Virus record (IMG/VR): IMGVR_UViG_3300030419_006105 | Span: 1 to 64,000 of that record | DNA from: a virus | Strand: one strand, 5' to 3' | Length of the DNA stretch: 64,000 nt | Shown here: piece after piece, positions 8,205 to 17,649 of the stretch | Layout: every line of letters starts with the position of its first letter | Numbering within the stretch: position 1 is the stretch's first letter | The notes under the pieces: model-generated | The model's database searches: none | What the model was told of the DNA's origin: nothing | What the model saw: only the letters and a program-made list of their open reading frames with translations | Made by a program: the position numbers and the translations under genes

Positions 8205-9556
8205 TATCCTACAAAAAACATTGGAGGTGCAGCATCTCCAAATCCTGGAGATGCACCATTCATTAACTGCTCTTCTAGATATTTTTTCTCTTCTAAACCT
8301 TCTTGTAATATAGAAGCATCTAAACTTGTACCACCGAATAATTGAGCACCACCATACTTACCTCTAATCCTTCCTAATGTTATTTTTGTTAAAGCTAATG
8401 CATATTGATAGACCCAAGGCTCTACAATTAAGTCCACAATCGGTTTTTCTACATAGCAACTAACCACACCGTAAAAGTCATTACCACCAGTTTTTGGTTC
8501 TGGTATTAATCTCATAAACTGTGTCCGTTCATCAAATGTAAAATATCGCTTAGTAGATAGCATTTTCGATCGTGTGTCTAACCACTGTTTTAATATGTAC
8601 CAACTAATTAAATCAAAACCGTAGTTACCCATTGCGTAACTAAAGTACGTTTGTTGAGCTAATGTTTGTTCAATTGTAAATAATGTATTTAAACTATCAC
8701 TAGATGATTCATCATAGCTGTGAAGAGAAATTACTTTCCTACTTGACCTTGTTAACCCATCCCATCTACCTATTCTCGATACAGTAGATGTAAGAGCAGT
8801 AGTCGTTGTTTCATCTGCTAAAGTATCTTGTCTTGTAGCATTAATTGTTCCTGCTTGGGTAGTATTAGAATTAAGAACCACACCAACAGAAACACTATTA
8901 GTAAAACTACCAGCATGTGCTTCAGTTGCATCTCCAGGTACAGCACTAATTTCAAATATCTCAGTAGTGGTAGTATAGACATCACCATATTGAGTTAAAC
9001 TAACATCAACACTAGAAAGAGATGTATTAGCAGAAGATAAAGTAACCACTAAAGCTTTAGCTACATGAGCATTAGAATCAGCAAGGTTAATTGTAATTGT
9101 ATACTCAGATGGATCAATAACTGTATCACCTGAGTCAAATGAAAAAACTGGTATAAATCCAGTATCATCTGCTCCAAATGCTATGGAAGTTACTGAAGGT
9201 AAAATAGAACTTTGTCCTACTGTAACTTCAACTTCGTCAGTATATGTACCAGTTAGTTCTGAAGTTAACGTTAATAGATCGGATATATTAACTCCCTTAC
9301 CTGCTACATACTTACCACTATTAAATACTAAATGCTCTTCTGTATAACCCGCGTATTTACTAAACATCTCACAAGCCATTGCGATGTTAGTATATATTTG
9401 ATTACCATGAAGTTCTAAGCTAACAATAGGGTAACCTAAAGCATATGTAATCCGATCTGCTAGTCGAGAATAACTTTTAACTTGGTTAGCAAGATATGTA
9501 GAATATAAATGACTTCCAGCACTTAAATATGTATCTTTCCATGTATCTGTGGCCAC
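8204..9556 (-). CDS. gp13: Neck protein (gp13-like) with a large internal Ser/Thr-rich insertion
   Basis: LGYPIVSLEL N-terminus; WVYQYALALTKITLG...KY, GGTSLD and PPMFFVG C-terminus. Confidence 0.88.
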   Translation of the reverse strand: MATDTWKDTYLSAGSHLYSTYLANQVKSYSRLADRITYALGYPIVSLELHGNQIYTNIAMACEMFSKYAGYTEEHLVFNSGKYVAGKGVNISDLLTLTSELTGTYTDEVEVTVGQSSILPSVTSIAFGADDTGFIPVFSFDSGDTVIDPSEYTITINLADSNAHVAKALVVTLSSANTSLSSVDVSLTQYGDVYTTTTEIFEISAVPGDATEAHAGSFTNSVSVGVVLNSNTTQAGTINATRQDTLADETTTTALTSTVSRIGRWDGLTRSSRKVISLHSYDESSSDSLNTLFTIEQTLAQQTYFSYAMGNYGFDLISWYILKQWLDTRSKMLSTKRYFTFDERTQFMRLIPEPKTGGNDFYGVVSCYVEKPIVDLIVEPWVYQYALALTKITLGRIRGKYGGAQLFGGTSLDASILQEGLEEKKYLEEQLMNGASPGFGDAAPPMFFVG

Positions 9557-9564
9557 ATAATTAT

Positions 9565-11355
9565 TTATGTCGGCAACGCTGAAGTTTCTCCGCCTGGAGT
9601 TGGTACAGGTTCAGGAGCTGGACCCTCTCCACCTGGAGCTGCTCCAGGAGCTGCGGCAGGACCCATATCAGGTGGCATTTCTTCTCCTTCAGGACCAACT
9701 GCACCACCAGGTGCAGCGCCACCAGCTGGAGGTGTTGCACCTCCACCAGCAGCCCAATCAGCACCACCACCTCTAATTTGTTCTAACTCATGTTGTAATG
9801 CTGCATCTTTACGTAACCACTCTCTATTAGCCTTTATTTGTTCGTCAGTCCATCCAAGAAATTCTTTTTGACCATACCCTTGAGAAATAGATTCATTACC
9901 AGTAATGTTAGTAAAGTTATTAAGTTTAAGATCTAATACTTGTTGTTTACGTAATTCGAAATAATTACGTGGATGTACGAACTCTAAATCAAACCCGTTC
10001 TCCCTAAGTTCAAATTGCTTCCATACATTCCTTAATTTAAGGTGAGTAATAAATGCATCTTTTAAACCAGCAGCAAATTGCGCTTGTAGTCTAACGATAA
10101 AATTAGCGAACTTTAATTCTTCTCTTAACACATTAGCATCAGCACTATATTGCGAATTTTCTGTATCAACTCTATTAGTTGGTACCTTGAGTGCCTTATA
10201 TAACTTTTTAACAAAATAAACTAGGTCTTGTAATTCACCTAAATTTTGACCACCAGGTAGAGTATTAACTTCTGTACCAGTACTACCTTCTCTCTTTGGA
10301 AACCAGTAAGCATCTAATATAGATTGTGGATTAAATGACTGGACTCTTTTATCTTCATCAAGATTAAAAGATTTCTTACTCCAATAATTTTGCATTAACT
10401 TACGAATATAACTTTCTGCTTTTGGAGGACTCATTGTTCCAACATCAACATTAAATACTAATCGTTCTGGAGCTCTTACTAGACGATATATAATAATCGA
10501 ATCTTCAATTAATGATAACTGTCTATAAGCACGACGAGCATTTTCAATAAATGGTATTCTAAATGTTTTATTTTCATTCCATGTACCAGAATTAATATAT
10601 GTAATCTGATTTCGCTCCATAGGAATAAAATCCTTATCTTGCATAGTAGTGTGCTGGTATTGCTCATCTGCTTCTTTATGATGTTTAGCCTTTCTTAGCA
10701 AGTAAGCTTTAATATGCATATTTTGATAGTTATCATATACTGGGTCAATTGCTTGTGTCGGTACATTTATTACACCAAGTATACCTTCTTTAACATGCTT
10801 CTTATGAATAATGTTTTCAAAATACACTTCACCATCAACTAACAAGTTCCTTACATACTCCCATGCACGTTCTTTAAAATCAAATAAATTAATAAATTTA
10901 TTAAACTCTTCATTAAGTTGCTTATTAACTAAAGGATCAAAATCTCTTTCATCTCTTAACATGAGATTAATCATATTACCATTTTCATCTTCATTTAAGA
11001 ACTCATCACAAATTTCATCTAATGCATCTGCTACTTCAGCAAACTGTGCCATAGTTCTATAATCTCTAACCCTACGATACTTATCTACGTCTAGTGTCGC
11101 GTACATTAATTCGTTATACGCCTTATCAGCTAAGAACGAACCAACAGGGTGAGCTGATTCTGGTAATTTAGGAGCAACAATAGAGTGATGCGCTAAAAGC
11201 TCCTTGCGCATTGAACCTGCTTTATAAAAGTCTTCAAACTTCGGATTCTGTTGAGTTACGTCGTCTATAATAGCCGCAGGTGACCTATAGGGTAAATTGT
11301 TTTGAATAAATTTTTGTAACCCTGTTCCAAATGTTCCTTTTTGTCCGTCTGGCAT
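9565..11355 (-). CDS. gp20: Portal vertex protein (gp20-like) with a Pro/Gly/Ala-rich C-terminal tail
   Basis: YRTMA, IEDSIIIYRLVRAPERLVF.VDVG, YWFPKREG..GTEV.TLPGGQNLGE, LYKALKVP. Confidence 0.97.
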   Translation of the reverse strand: MPDGQKGTFGTGLQKFIQNNLPYRSPAAIIDDVTQQNPKFEDFYKAGSMRKELLAHHSIVAPKLPESAHPVGSFLADKAYNELMYATLDVDKYRRVRDYRTMAQFAEVADALDEICDEFLNEDENGNMINLMLRDERDFDPLVNKQLNEEFNKFINLFDFKERAWEYVRNLLVDGEVYFENIIHKKHVKEGILGVINVPTQAIDPVYDNYQNMHIKAYLLRKAKHHKEADEQYQHTTMQDKDFIPMERNQITYINSGTWNENKTFRIPFIENARRAYRQLSLIEDSIIIYRLVRAPERLVFNVDVGTMSPPKAESYIRKLMQNYWSKKSFNLDEDKRVQSFNPQSILDAYWFPKREGSTGTEVNTLPGGQNLGELQDLVYFVKKLYKALKVPTNRVDTENSQYSADANVLREELKFANFIVRLQAQFAAGLKDAFITHLKLRNVWKQFELRENGFDLEFVHPRNYFELRKQQVLDLKLNNFTNITGNESISQGYGQKEFLGWTDEQIKANREWLRKDAALQHELEQIRGGGADWAAGGGATPPAGGAAPGGAVGPEGEEMPPDMGPAAAPGAAPGGEGPAPEPVPTPGGETSALPT

Positions 11356-11371
11356 CTTATTTAATTAATTA

Positions 11372-11905
11372 TTAGCTGTTGATTGTTATTGCACTACCTA
11401 TATCTGTACTAAATTTTCCAACTCCTGCAGGATTTATTGCTATAATATCAACTTCACCTGTACCTGATAGCTGTGGAAACGTTATCTCCATCGTATTATA
11501 ATTATTTAATGTATATTTTGAAGAAGATAATATAATACCACTTAGTACCGGGCTAAGAGAAAGAGTACCCCCTGTAACTGATATAGCAGATAATCCTATA
11601 GCAGGAACAGTACTACCAATACCAACACTAGAAGCACCAGTAATATGAGTAAAACCGTATGTAGCAGACAAAGCATGACCTGATAAAAATAAATCACTAT
11701 TATTTGTACAACTAAGTACCACATACTCTACCGAATCTAAATTATAACCAGTAAACGTTTTAATAACTGAGAAACCACAAGTCAATGTAGTATATGTATT
11801 ATCAGCTGAAAACTGAGGCCTTGCGGATAACTCTCGGTTTTCAAAATTTGCACTAAACGACGTTACATCAGTTAATGCGCTATCATATTTTATAAATTTA
11901 CTCAT
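11372..11905 (-). CDS. Hypothetical beta-rich protein, probably virion (Ig/IPT-like C-terminus)
   Basis: Ser/Thr/Gly-rich; ITFP...G.VDIIAINPAG; lies between gp15 and gp20. Confidence 0.5.
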   Translation of the reverse strand: MSKFIKYDSALTDVTSFSANFENRELSARPQFSADNTYTTLTCGFSVIKTFTGYNLDSVEYVVLSCTNNSDLFLSGHALSATYGFTHITGASSVGIGSTVPAIGLSAISVTGGTLSLSPVLSGIILSSSKYTLNNYNTMEITFPQLSGTGEVDIIAINPAGVGKFSTDIGSAITINS

Positions 11906-12581
11906 AATTAAATCCGCTTACTGGTATAAAGTCTGTGTCAATTGTAAATATATTCTTAGTATCTGAGTCAGCTGGTCCTCTAAACAACCAACCTTTAATA
12001 GTAAAACTAGTATTAGCTATTACTCGTGCTGGTTGAGTAGATGATATTTCTATAGGATAATCAAGACTAATATCTCCTGACCATAATACTTCAGATCTAA
12101 TTTCATAATTACTAGCTAAGTTTTGTGATGTTGGAATAATCCAACTCATAACTATATATGGATTATTATAAGGTGCAAAGTTACTTATAATCTGATCCAT
12201 ATCAGTTTGAAATTTAGTCATGATAGACATATTAATATCTACATTTACAGGTAATGGCGTCTTTAAATGATCAGAATCAATAGAGCCGCCACTCACACTC
12301 GGTGATTTAGAATAATAAAAACCAGATATCTTATTAAATACTCTATCAGGATCTCTACTAATAGAACTATAATTTACGGCGACCACCGGAAGTTTAAGAG
12401 AACCTGCTCTATTAACTATATCATGAATAGCTCTTTCTTTAGGACCATAATAAAATGAGCATTTGATCTGATCAACAACATCTTTATCTTTATTATATCG
12501 ATTTATAACGATACTATTAAAAGCAGTAATAAACTGCCTTATCATATCTTTTAGCTCAAAACCATAATATTGGTTTTTCAT
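11898..12581 (-). CDS. gp15: Tail sheath stabiliser/terminator (gp15-like)
   Basis: F...FNSIVI.R, YGPKER, LP, P+PVN, DMDQII.NF.PY, FTIKGWLF. Confidence 0.85.
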   Translation of the reverse strand: MKNQYYGFELKDMIRQFITAFNSIVINRYNKDKDVVDQIKCSFYYGPKERAIHDIVNRAGSLKLPVVAVNYSSISRDPDRVFNKISGFYYSKSPSVSGGSIDSDHLKTPLPVNVDINMSIMTKFQTDMDQIISNFAPYNNPYIVMSWIIPTSQNLASNYEIRSEVLWSGDISLDYPIEISSTQPARVIANTSFTIKGWLFRGPADSDTKNIFTIDTDFIPVSGFNYE

Positions 12582-12593
12582 TGTAAATATTTA

Positions 12594-14231
12594 TTAAATA
12601 AACCTGTCTATAAAATATGTTGGCAACAGATTCAAGTAATCAGGTAATAATTTTCTTATACCACCAGCGTCTAAAACATATGTAACACTAGCGTCATCTT
12701 CAGCTCTAGTACACCGACCACACTGTTGAACAAAGGTAGTAAACATCTTATTTGTATACCATTTTTTATTATTTTTAGACATCTCTTTAATCCGAACATC
12801 ACCTAAATCTGGCCATGGACATTTTAAAATAATACAAAAACGAGCAGCTGCACCTTTCAAATCAACTCCAAAATTCATAGAAGGACTAGCTAATACTGTA
12901 GGCTCACTTGTATCTAAATGTTCGGCTAATATATCAATATTATCTCTATTACCTCGTATTCTATATAAAATTCTATTATCTTTTAATCTATTTTTCAACA
13001 TTTTAGTTATGTTGTTAGACTGAGTATGTATCAATCCCTTATCATCTTTATGTTCTTGTAATATCTCTTTAACACAATCAACGATCTTAGGAAAATTATA
13101 ATCAAGATTTTTCTTATTCAACTGAAAGGTACCAAATAATATTGGAGATTGCCTAGGATCAAAAGTAGACGGTATATCAATATACTTATAATCATTTTCT
13201 TGCACGCCTAAGTTTCTCATTATCTGTTTATAATCTACAAACGTAGCAGACATTAAAATAATATTATCAGCATATTTAAAAATATGTTGAGCTAACATAT
13301 CAATCTTCTTAGGTATTAATTGTATATACTGTTTATTACGTATAGATGTTTTATGAATAATATATTCAGATTGTCTCCATGTATCAATCACTAATGATAA
13401 ATCACCTTTAAGGTCAGAAATAAACTTATACTCTCTCTTAATATCATCTCCTAAAGTTGAGGAGTGTTTATCGAACATACGAAGCAATTCTACATATCTA
13501 CTCTCTAAATCTTCTTTAAGAGTTACTAACTGTTTAAAAAATATATTTGAATTCTTACTATAAGATAATTTGAAACCATATTTGATAAGACGACCTAATT
13601 CAATACCACAACTAAATCTGCTTACAATAATATTTTCTAATTCTGAAGCTTCATCACATACTATAACTTGTCTATGCTTGAGATGATCTGGTTTATGAAA
13701 AAAGCTAGAATAATTCTCTACACTAATCTTAGCACTAATAGATTCATTTCTAGCTTCATAATAATCACAACGATTACAATCCCAACACTCTCTTTTTAAC
13801 TTACTACTAAAGATACATGGAGCTTGATCAGCTGAACTCCTATCATCAAAATTACATATATATGTTCCTTTACCTTTAAGAGGTTTAACGTCTTCAAAAT
13901 CTCTAGTATACTGATCTTGAAGTGCTTTAGTAGTTGTTAATATTGATGTACCATATCTCTTACTAGAAAAATCATCTGCATACTCATATACTAATTTACC
14001 ATTCTCCCAAGTAGTCTCGAAAGCAGCATAATTATTAACAAGCTTAGTTAGCCTAGAAGGTGGTTTATTTAAACCATTCGCAATAGTTTTAGCTATAAAA
14101 CTCTTACCACACCCAGTAGGACCCTGAACAACAATAAACTTATATTTCTTTAACCCATTTAGTATATTAGGGATAGCGTATTGTTGGCCAGATGAAGGTC
14201 TATAACCTTTAGGAAAATGTTTTATAGCCAT
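12594..14231 (-). CDS. DinG/XPD-family SF2 helicase
   Basis: GPTGCGKS, Cys cluster (Fe-S type), DEASE, MSAT, GVDL, QQCGRCTR. Confidence 0.88.
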   Translation of the reverse strand: MAIKHFPKGYRPSSGQQYAIPNILNGLKKYKFIVVQGPTGCGKSFIAKTIANGLNKPPSRLTKLVNNYAAFETTWENGKLVYEYADDFSSKRYGTSILTTTKALQDQYTRDFEDVKPLKGKGTYICNFDDRSSADQAPCIFSSKLKRECWDCNRCDYYEARNESISAKISVENYSSFFHKPDHLKHRQVIVCDEASELENIIVSRFSCGIELGRLIKYGFKLSYSKNSNIFFKQLVTLKEDLESRYVELLRMFDKHSSTLGDDIKREYKFISDLKGDLSLVIDTWRQSEYIIHKTSIRNKQYIQLIPKKIDMLAQHIFKYADNIILMSATFVDYKQIMRNLGVQENDYKYIDIPSTFDPRQSPILFGTFQLNKKNLDYNFPKIVDCVKEILQEHKDDKGLIHTQSNNITKMLKNRLKDNRILYRIRGNRDNIDILAEHLDTSEPTVLASPSMNFGVDLKGAAARFCIILKCPWPDLGDVRIKEMSKNNKKWYTNKMFTTFVQQCGRCTRAEDDASVTYVLDAGGIRKLLPDYLNLLPTYFIDRFI

Positions 14232-14238
14232 ATAAACA

Positions 14239-14565
14239 TTATAGCTTTTCTATAGAAAGAAGCAAGTCACAATATTTGTTTCGTTGATTAGTTATCATCC
14301 GATTAACTCTCGGCTTTAATAAAACATCATCAGTGTGAATATTATATAATGTATAATCAAAATAAATTACTTTATCCTCTTTAATTACATTAAAGGGATA
14401 TAAAATCTCTAATTTCTTTCCGGTAGTAAATAAAAGCTTAATATTAAAATCTCTAATATCAAATAATTGAACTTGACCAACACCTAATGTTCGTTTTTTA
14501 GAAGTTATTTTTACTGTACTCAGTAATAACTCTTTTAGTGTATTTTCTACAAGTTCAAATGTCAT
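14239..14565 (-). CDS. Hypothetical protein
   Basis: 108 aa ORF packed in an operon with 4-nt overlaps. Confidence 0.6.
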   Translation of the reverse strand: MTFELVENTLKELLLSTVKITSKKRTLGVGQVQLFDIRDFNIKLLFTTGKKLEILYPFNVIKEDKVIYFDYTLYNIHTDDVLLKPRVNRMITNQRNKYCDLLLSIEKL

Positions 14566-14939
14566 GTATTCATAAACGCCATTTTATCAGCTGATGACAT
14601 CGGCGCAATATGCTCATTCAAATACATCCAAAATGTATCATCAGCTTCTAGTGTACTTATTAAGTCAACAGTATCGCAATTAATTGTACGAAAACCTTGC
14701 ATCATTATATCCCATGTAATGATTAAATTTTCTTGATTAGGATTATATGCAGGAGCTTGCCTAGGGGGCTTATAATTTAAAACTGTTCGACCTTCGACTG
14801 AATTTAAAAGTTGTACATTATTTGTGCACAACATTCTACGGGATGCAGGACGACCTGGTTTAGGATTTCGTCTAGCAAATTTGACCTCACATACTTTATC
14901 TAAAAGTATGCTTTTTAAATTACTCAGTCCTACTATCAT
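14562..14939 (-). CDS. Conserved T4-like SH3/WYL_2-type (DUF2693-like) protein
   Basis: V.F...R.M.CT...WD....FR pattern. Confidence 0.55.
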   Translation of the reverse strand: MIVGLSNLKSILLDKVCEVKFARRNPKPGRPASRRMLCTNNVQLLNSVEGRTVLNYKPPRQAPAYNPNQENLIITWDIMMQGFRTINCDTVDLISTLEADDTFWMYLNEHIAPMSSADKMAFMNT

Positions 14940-15402
14940 CTTGTTCTAACTCTTCACATATACCAAAAAATCTATCCTCATTTAAAAATAAACAATTTCT
15001 AAGAGAAGAGTCAAAACCTGTAACAGCTAAATTATCAACTTTAATACCCTTGTCGTCTGGAAAACAAACTATATCACCTGGCTTCGTAAACTCGCATCGA
15101 GGACCAGCTAAAATAACTCTCGCCATTCTCCATGTACGCTGAACATGAGCTAAAGGAATATATACACTTCCTCGCTTTACTGATGTTCCAGAGTCATCTA
15201 AATCTACATATTGAGCTAAAACAATATCATCCATTACCTTGCTCAATTTATAACCATGCAAACTAAAACAATCTGTATTTTGATAAGTATCTAAATCTAT
15301 GAGACCTTTTTTGACAGAGTGATCGAACGCATCACGCTGACTATCTGTAAGATCCATTTTATCTAGAGCTGCGTCATATTTCTTCTGTTGTTCATTGTTC
15401 AT
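14920..15402 (-). CDS. GroES-like co-chaperonin (functional analogue of T4 gp31)
   Basis: D.VL, mobile-loop-like GSVYIP, ARVILAGP, KPGDIV, FLNEDRFFG. Confidence 0.75.
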   Translation of the reverse strand: MNNEQQKKYDAALDKMDLTDSQRDAFDHSVKKGLIDLDTYQNTDCFSLHGYKLSKVMDDIVLAQYVDLDDSGTSVKRGSVYIPLAHVQRTWRMARVILAGPRCEFTKPGDIVCFPDDKGIKVDNLAVTGFDSSLRNCLFLNEDRFFGICEELEQDDSRTE

Positions 15403-15766
15403 ATTTTTTAATATTTACACCAAAGTTTTCCGAATACAATTGTATTTCTCTTTGAGAAAGTTCGTACAATTTTGCAGTACGTTCAAAAGTTTTTTTATCT
15501 TTTTTTTCTTTCTTTATATACCTAATAAACTTCCTCTTCGTCTTAGGTATCAAGTTAAATAATAATTTATAATGTAATTCATTATTGAATACTAAACCAA
15601 ATTTATTAACGGTATTGTTTATTAATAGAGCACATTCCTTATTAATGAATGTAATATATCTATTAGTAATATAAGCAGAGTATAATTGAGAGTCAGAAAT
15701 ATTAATATCTATTTCTTTTCTCTCAAACGCAATGTTGTTTACAAAATCAAAAAAACTATTTACCAT
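15392..15766 (-). CDS. gp62: Clamp loader small subunit (gp62-like)
   Basis: FFDFVN.I, YSAYITNR, HYKLL.NLIPK.KRKF.Y.KK. Confidence 0.7.
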   Translation of the reverse strand: MVNSFFDFVNNIAFERKEIDINISDSQLYSAYITNRYITFINKECALLINNTVNKFGLVFNNELHYKLLFNLIPKTKRKFIRYIKKEKKDKKTFERTAKLYELSQREIQLYSENFGVNIKKYEQ

Positions 15767-16280
15767 TATTACTACGCCACGCTAAATGGCTCTCCTTAAT
15801 AATTTTCTTAGTAGCAGTTTTAGATAACCAACCATTAATGGTCACCTTCTTATCTTCTAAATCTTTATAATGAGCGAAGAAGTTTAACGTCTTACTAACC
15901 CAGTGCGACTCTAAATCCTTTAGCGTCCTATATTCTCTAATATGACTAGTAGGTACACAAACAACTTTATAATCTTTATGACCGTTGTCATTCATATCTA
16001 GTGCAGCAATCGGTTTTACCTCTACTAACACTCCTGTATTAATAGGTGTGTTATTGTAAACAACAACATCAAGCGGGTCATTATCTAGCGCTAAGGTTTG
16101 AGGTATAAATCCATACGATGCAGTGTAGTTCATGGAACTATACAAGCATCTATTCAATTTAAATATATCTAACTGCTCGTCGTACTCATATTTTGTACTA
16201 GTACCCTTAGGTATTTCAATAATACAATTAATAGTACATGGGTGTTCATCACCAATTGGTATTCTATCTACTAAATTCAT
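15756..16280 (-). CDS. ppa: Family I inorganic pyrophosphatase
   Basis: IEIPKG..KYE, YGFIPQTL..DNDPLD, D....DYK, FF.HYKDLE. Confidence 0.95.
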   Translation of the reverse strand: MNLVDRIPIGDEHPCTINCIIEIPKGTSTKYEYDEQLDIFKLNRCLYSSMNYTASYGFIPQTLALDNDPLDVVVYNNTPINTGVLVEVKPIAALDMNDNGHKDYKVVCVPTSHIREYRTLKDLESHWVSKTLNFFAHYKDLEDKKVTINGWLSKTATKKIIKESHLAWRSNNGK

Positions 16281-16314
16281 AATTGTAAAAATTCCTTATA
16301 GGAATTTCATCAAA

Positions 16315-16409
16315 GTTTTGCGAAAAAATTTTGACCACGGGTTTGAGTCTGTAAAACATAAAACCCTAATAGGGAAATCCCCCGGGTTTTGCAAAAAAAT
16401 TTTGACTAC
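16315..16409. repeat. 24-bp imperfect direct repeat with nested inverted repeats in an intergenic gap
   Basis: GTTTTGCGAAAAAATTTTGACCAC (16315-16338) and GTTTTGCAAAAAAATTTTGACTAC (16386-16409), 22/24 identical. Confidence 0.75.
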
Positions 16410-16420
16410 AGACCTCGATC

Positions 16421-17008
16421 TCACAGGGTCAGTTTTGTAGTTGCAATAAACGCGTCATCCACCATAGAATAGTAGGTATCCACCACTAATTTCATGAATT
16501 CTTCCACTTGTTCATCGGTTAAATTAGTGGAATATGCAAAAACTGGTGCGTTTCTACCTGCAACAACATTAATGGCAGTGTGACCAATAGCAACATTATC
16601 TTTTGAATAGGTAATACTAACGCTGCATTTGCCTTTTGGTTGAATTACCCCATTTTGTTCAAATTCTTTATGTACGATTAAGTCATCTCCATCTACTTCA
16701 ATGGGGGCGTTGAGATATTTCGTCGACAACAAGTTTGCAATTTGCGTGTTAAGTAATCTTTGAAAGAAAACAGCACCAAGAGGATCCAAATTAGGAAGCT
16801 CCCAGCAAAAATTAACAGCGTCATCAGAATATATAAAATCATTATTAAGTAAGTCTTCATTGTCGATCATTCCCTCTGTTTCAACCTTCATCGGTGCGCG
16901 AAACGCAACAATATTCCCAATCGGAAGGGTTTTTTTTCGAAAATATTTATAAGCAAACCGGTTGTGTATTAAATTCCCATCATACAGATCGATATCTCTT
17001 AAAATCAT
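16421..17008 (-). CDS. DUF366-like protein (biotin/lipoate ligase-like fold)
   Basis: IVAFR.PM.V, ID.EDL, FQRL, DGDDL, K.SVSI, GH.AINV; start moved to ATG 17008 because TTGATT-N16-TATAAT-N7 precedes it. Confidence 0.7.
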   Translation of the reverse strand: MILRDIDLYDGNLIHNRFAYKYFRKKTLPIGNIVAFRAPMKVETEGMIDNEDLLNNDFIYSDDAVNFCWELPNLDPLGAVFFQRLLNTQIANLLSTKYLNAPIEVDGDDLIVHKEFEQNGVIQPKGKCSVSITYSKDNVAIGHTAINVVAGRNAPVFAYSTNLTDEQVEEFMKLVVDTYYSMVDDAFIATTKLTL

Positions 17009-17043
17009 ACTAAATATTATAACATAATAAATCAAAAAATCAA

Positions 17044-17649
17044 ATGAAACATTATTGTGATAAGATAGATAAAAAAAACATTACTGCTGAAGAATGGAAT
17101 AATATATATAAAGAAAATGGCTTTTACGGAAAAGGTTCTGGTCCGGGAAGCGCTGCTCAGAATAATAAAAAATTAATTCAATGGCTACAAACATTTATTG
17201 TAAATAATAATATACGAAGTATTGTTGATATAGGTTGTGGAGATTTACAATGGATGCCGCTCCTGTTGGAACAATTTACAGGACCAGAGACTATAAACTA
17301 TACCGGAATAGATTGTACAGAAATATTAATTAACAGCCATCAAGAAAAATATACAAACCACACATTTATATGTAAAGATATTTTTAGTGACGACTTTGAG
17401 CACGGAGGTGAATATGACTTACTACTTTGTAAGGACGTACTACAGCACAACATGAATAATCCTAAAGCTGTAATTGAACCTATAAGCAATATAAATTCAA
17501 GATATAAAATGTTAATAACACCGACAAACGGTCCCGGCGCGGGAGCATTAATAAGACACAATTTTACAAATTATACTTGGATTACTGATTACAAAAGCGA
17601 TGAAAGAAAAAGTATATATCTCAATACTAATACTGCTTTAAAATGTTAG
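17044..17649 (+). CDS. Class I SAM-dependent methyltransferase
   Basis: SGPGS, IVDIGCGD, YTGID, KDVLQH. Confidence 0.85.
   Translation: MKHYCDKIDKKNITAEEWNNIYKENGFYGKGSGPGSAAQNNKKLIQWLQTFIVNNNIRSIVDIGCGDLQWMPLLLEQFTGPETINYTGIDCTEILINSHQEKYTNHTFICKDIFSDDFEHGGEYDLLLCKDVLQHNMNNPKAVIEPISNINSRYKMLITPTNGPGAGALIRHNFTNYTWITDYKSDERKSIYLNTNTALKC

Noticed and set aside
9561-9776. Two 69-aa ORFs and GC-rich quasi-repeats at the portal 3' end
   Set aside because: By-products of the Pro/Gly/Ala codons of the portal tail; no regular repeat-spacer structure, so not CRISPR
14920-15402. GroES without GroEL as a novelty
   Set aside because: Stand-alone co-chaperonins for capsid folding are common in T4-like phages (gp31 precedent)
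16315-16409. Possible mini-CRISPR array (two 24-bp repeats with a 47-bp spacer)
   Set aside because: Only two imperfect copies, an internally palindromic spacer and no cas genes in the window
16132-16440. 102-aa plus-strand ORF across the structured intergenic region
   Set aside because: Half of it is antisense to ppa, it has no recognisable motif, and the region is better explained as a non-coding element
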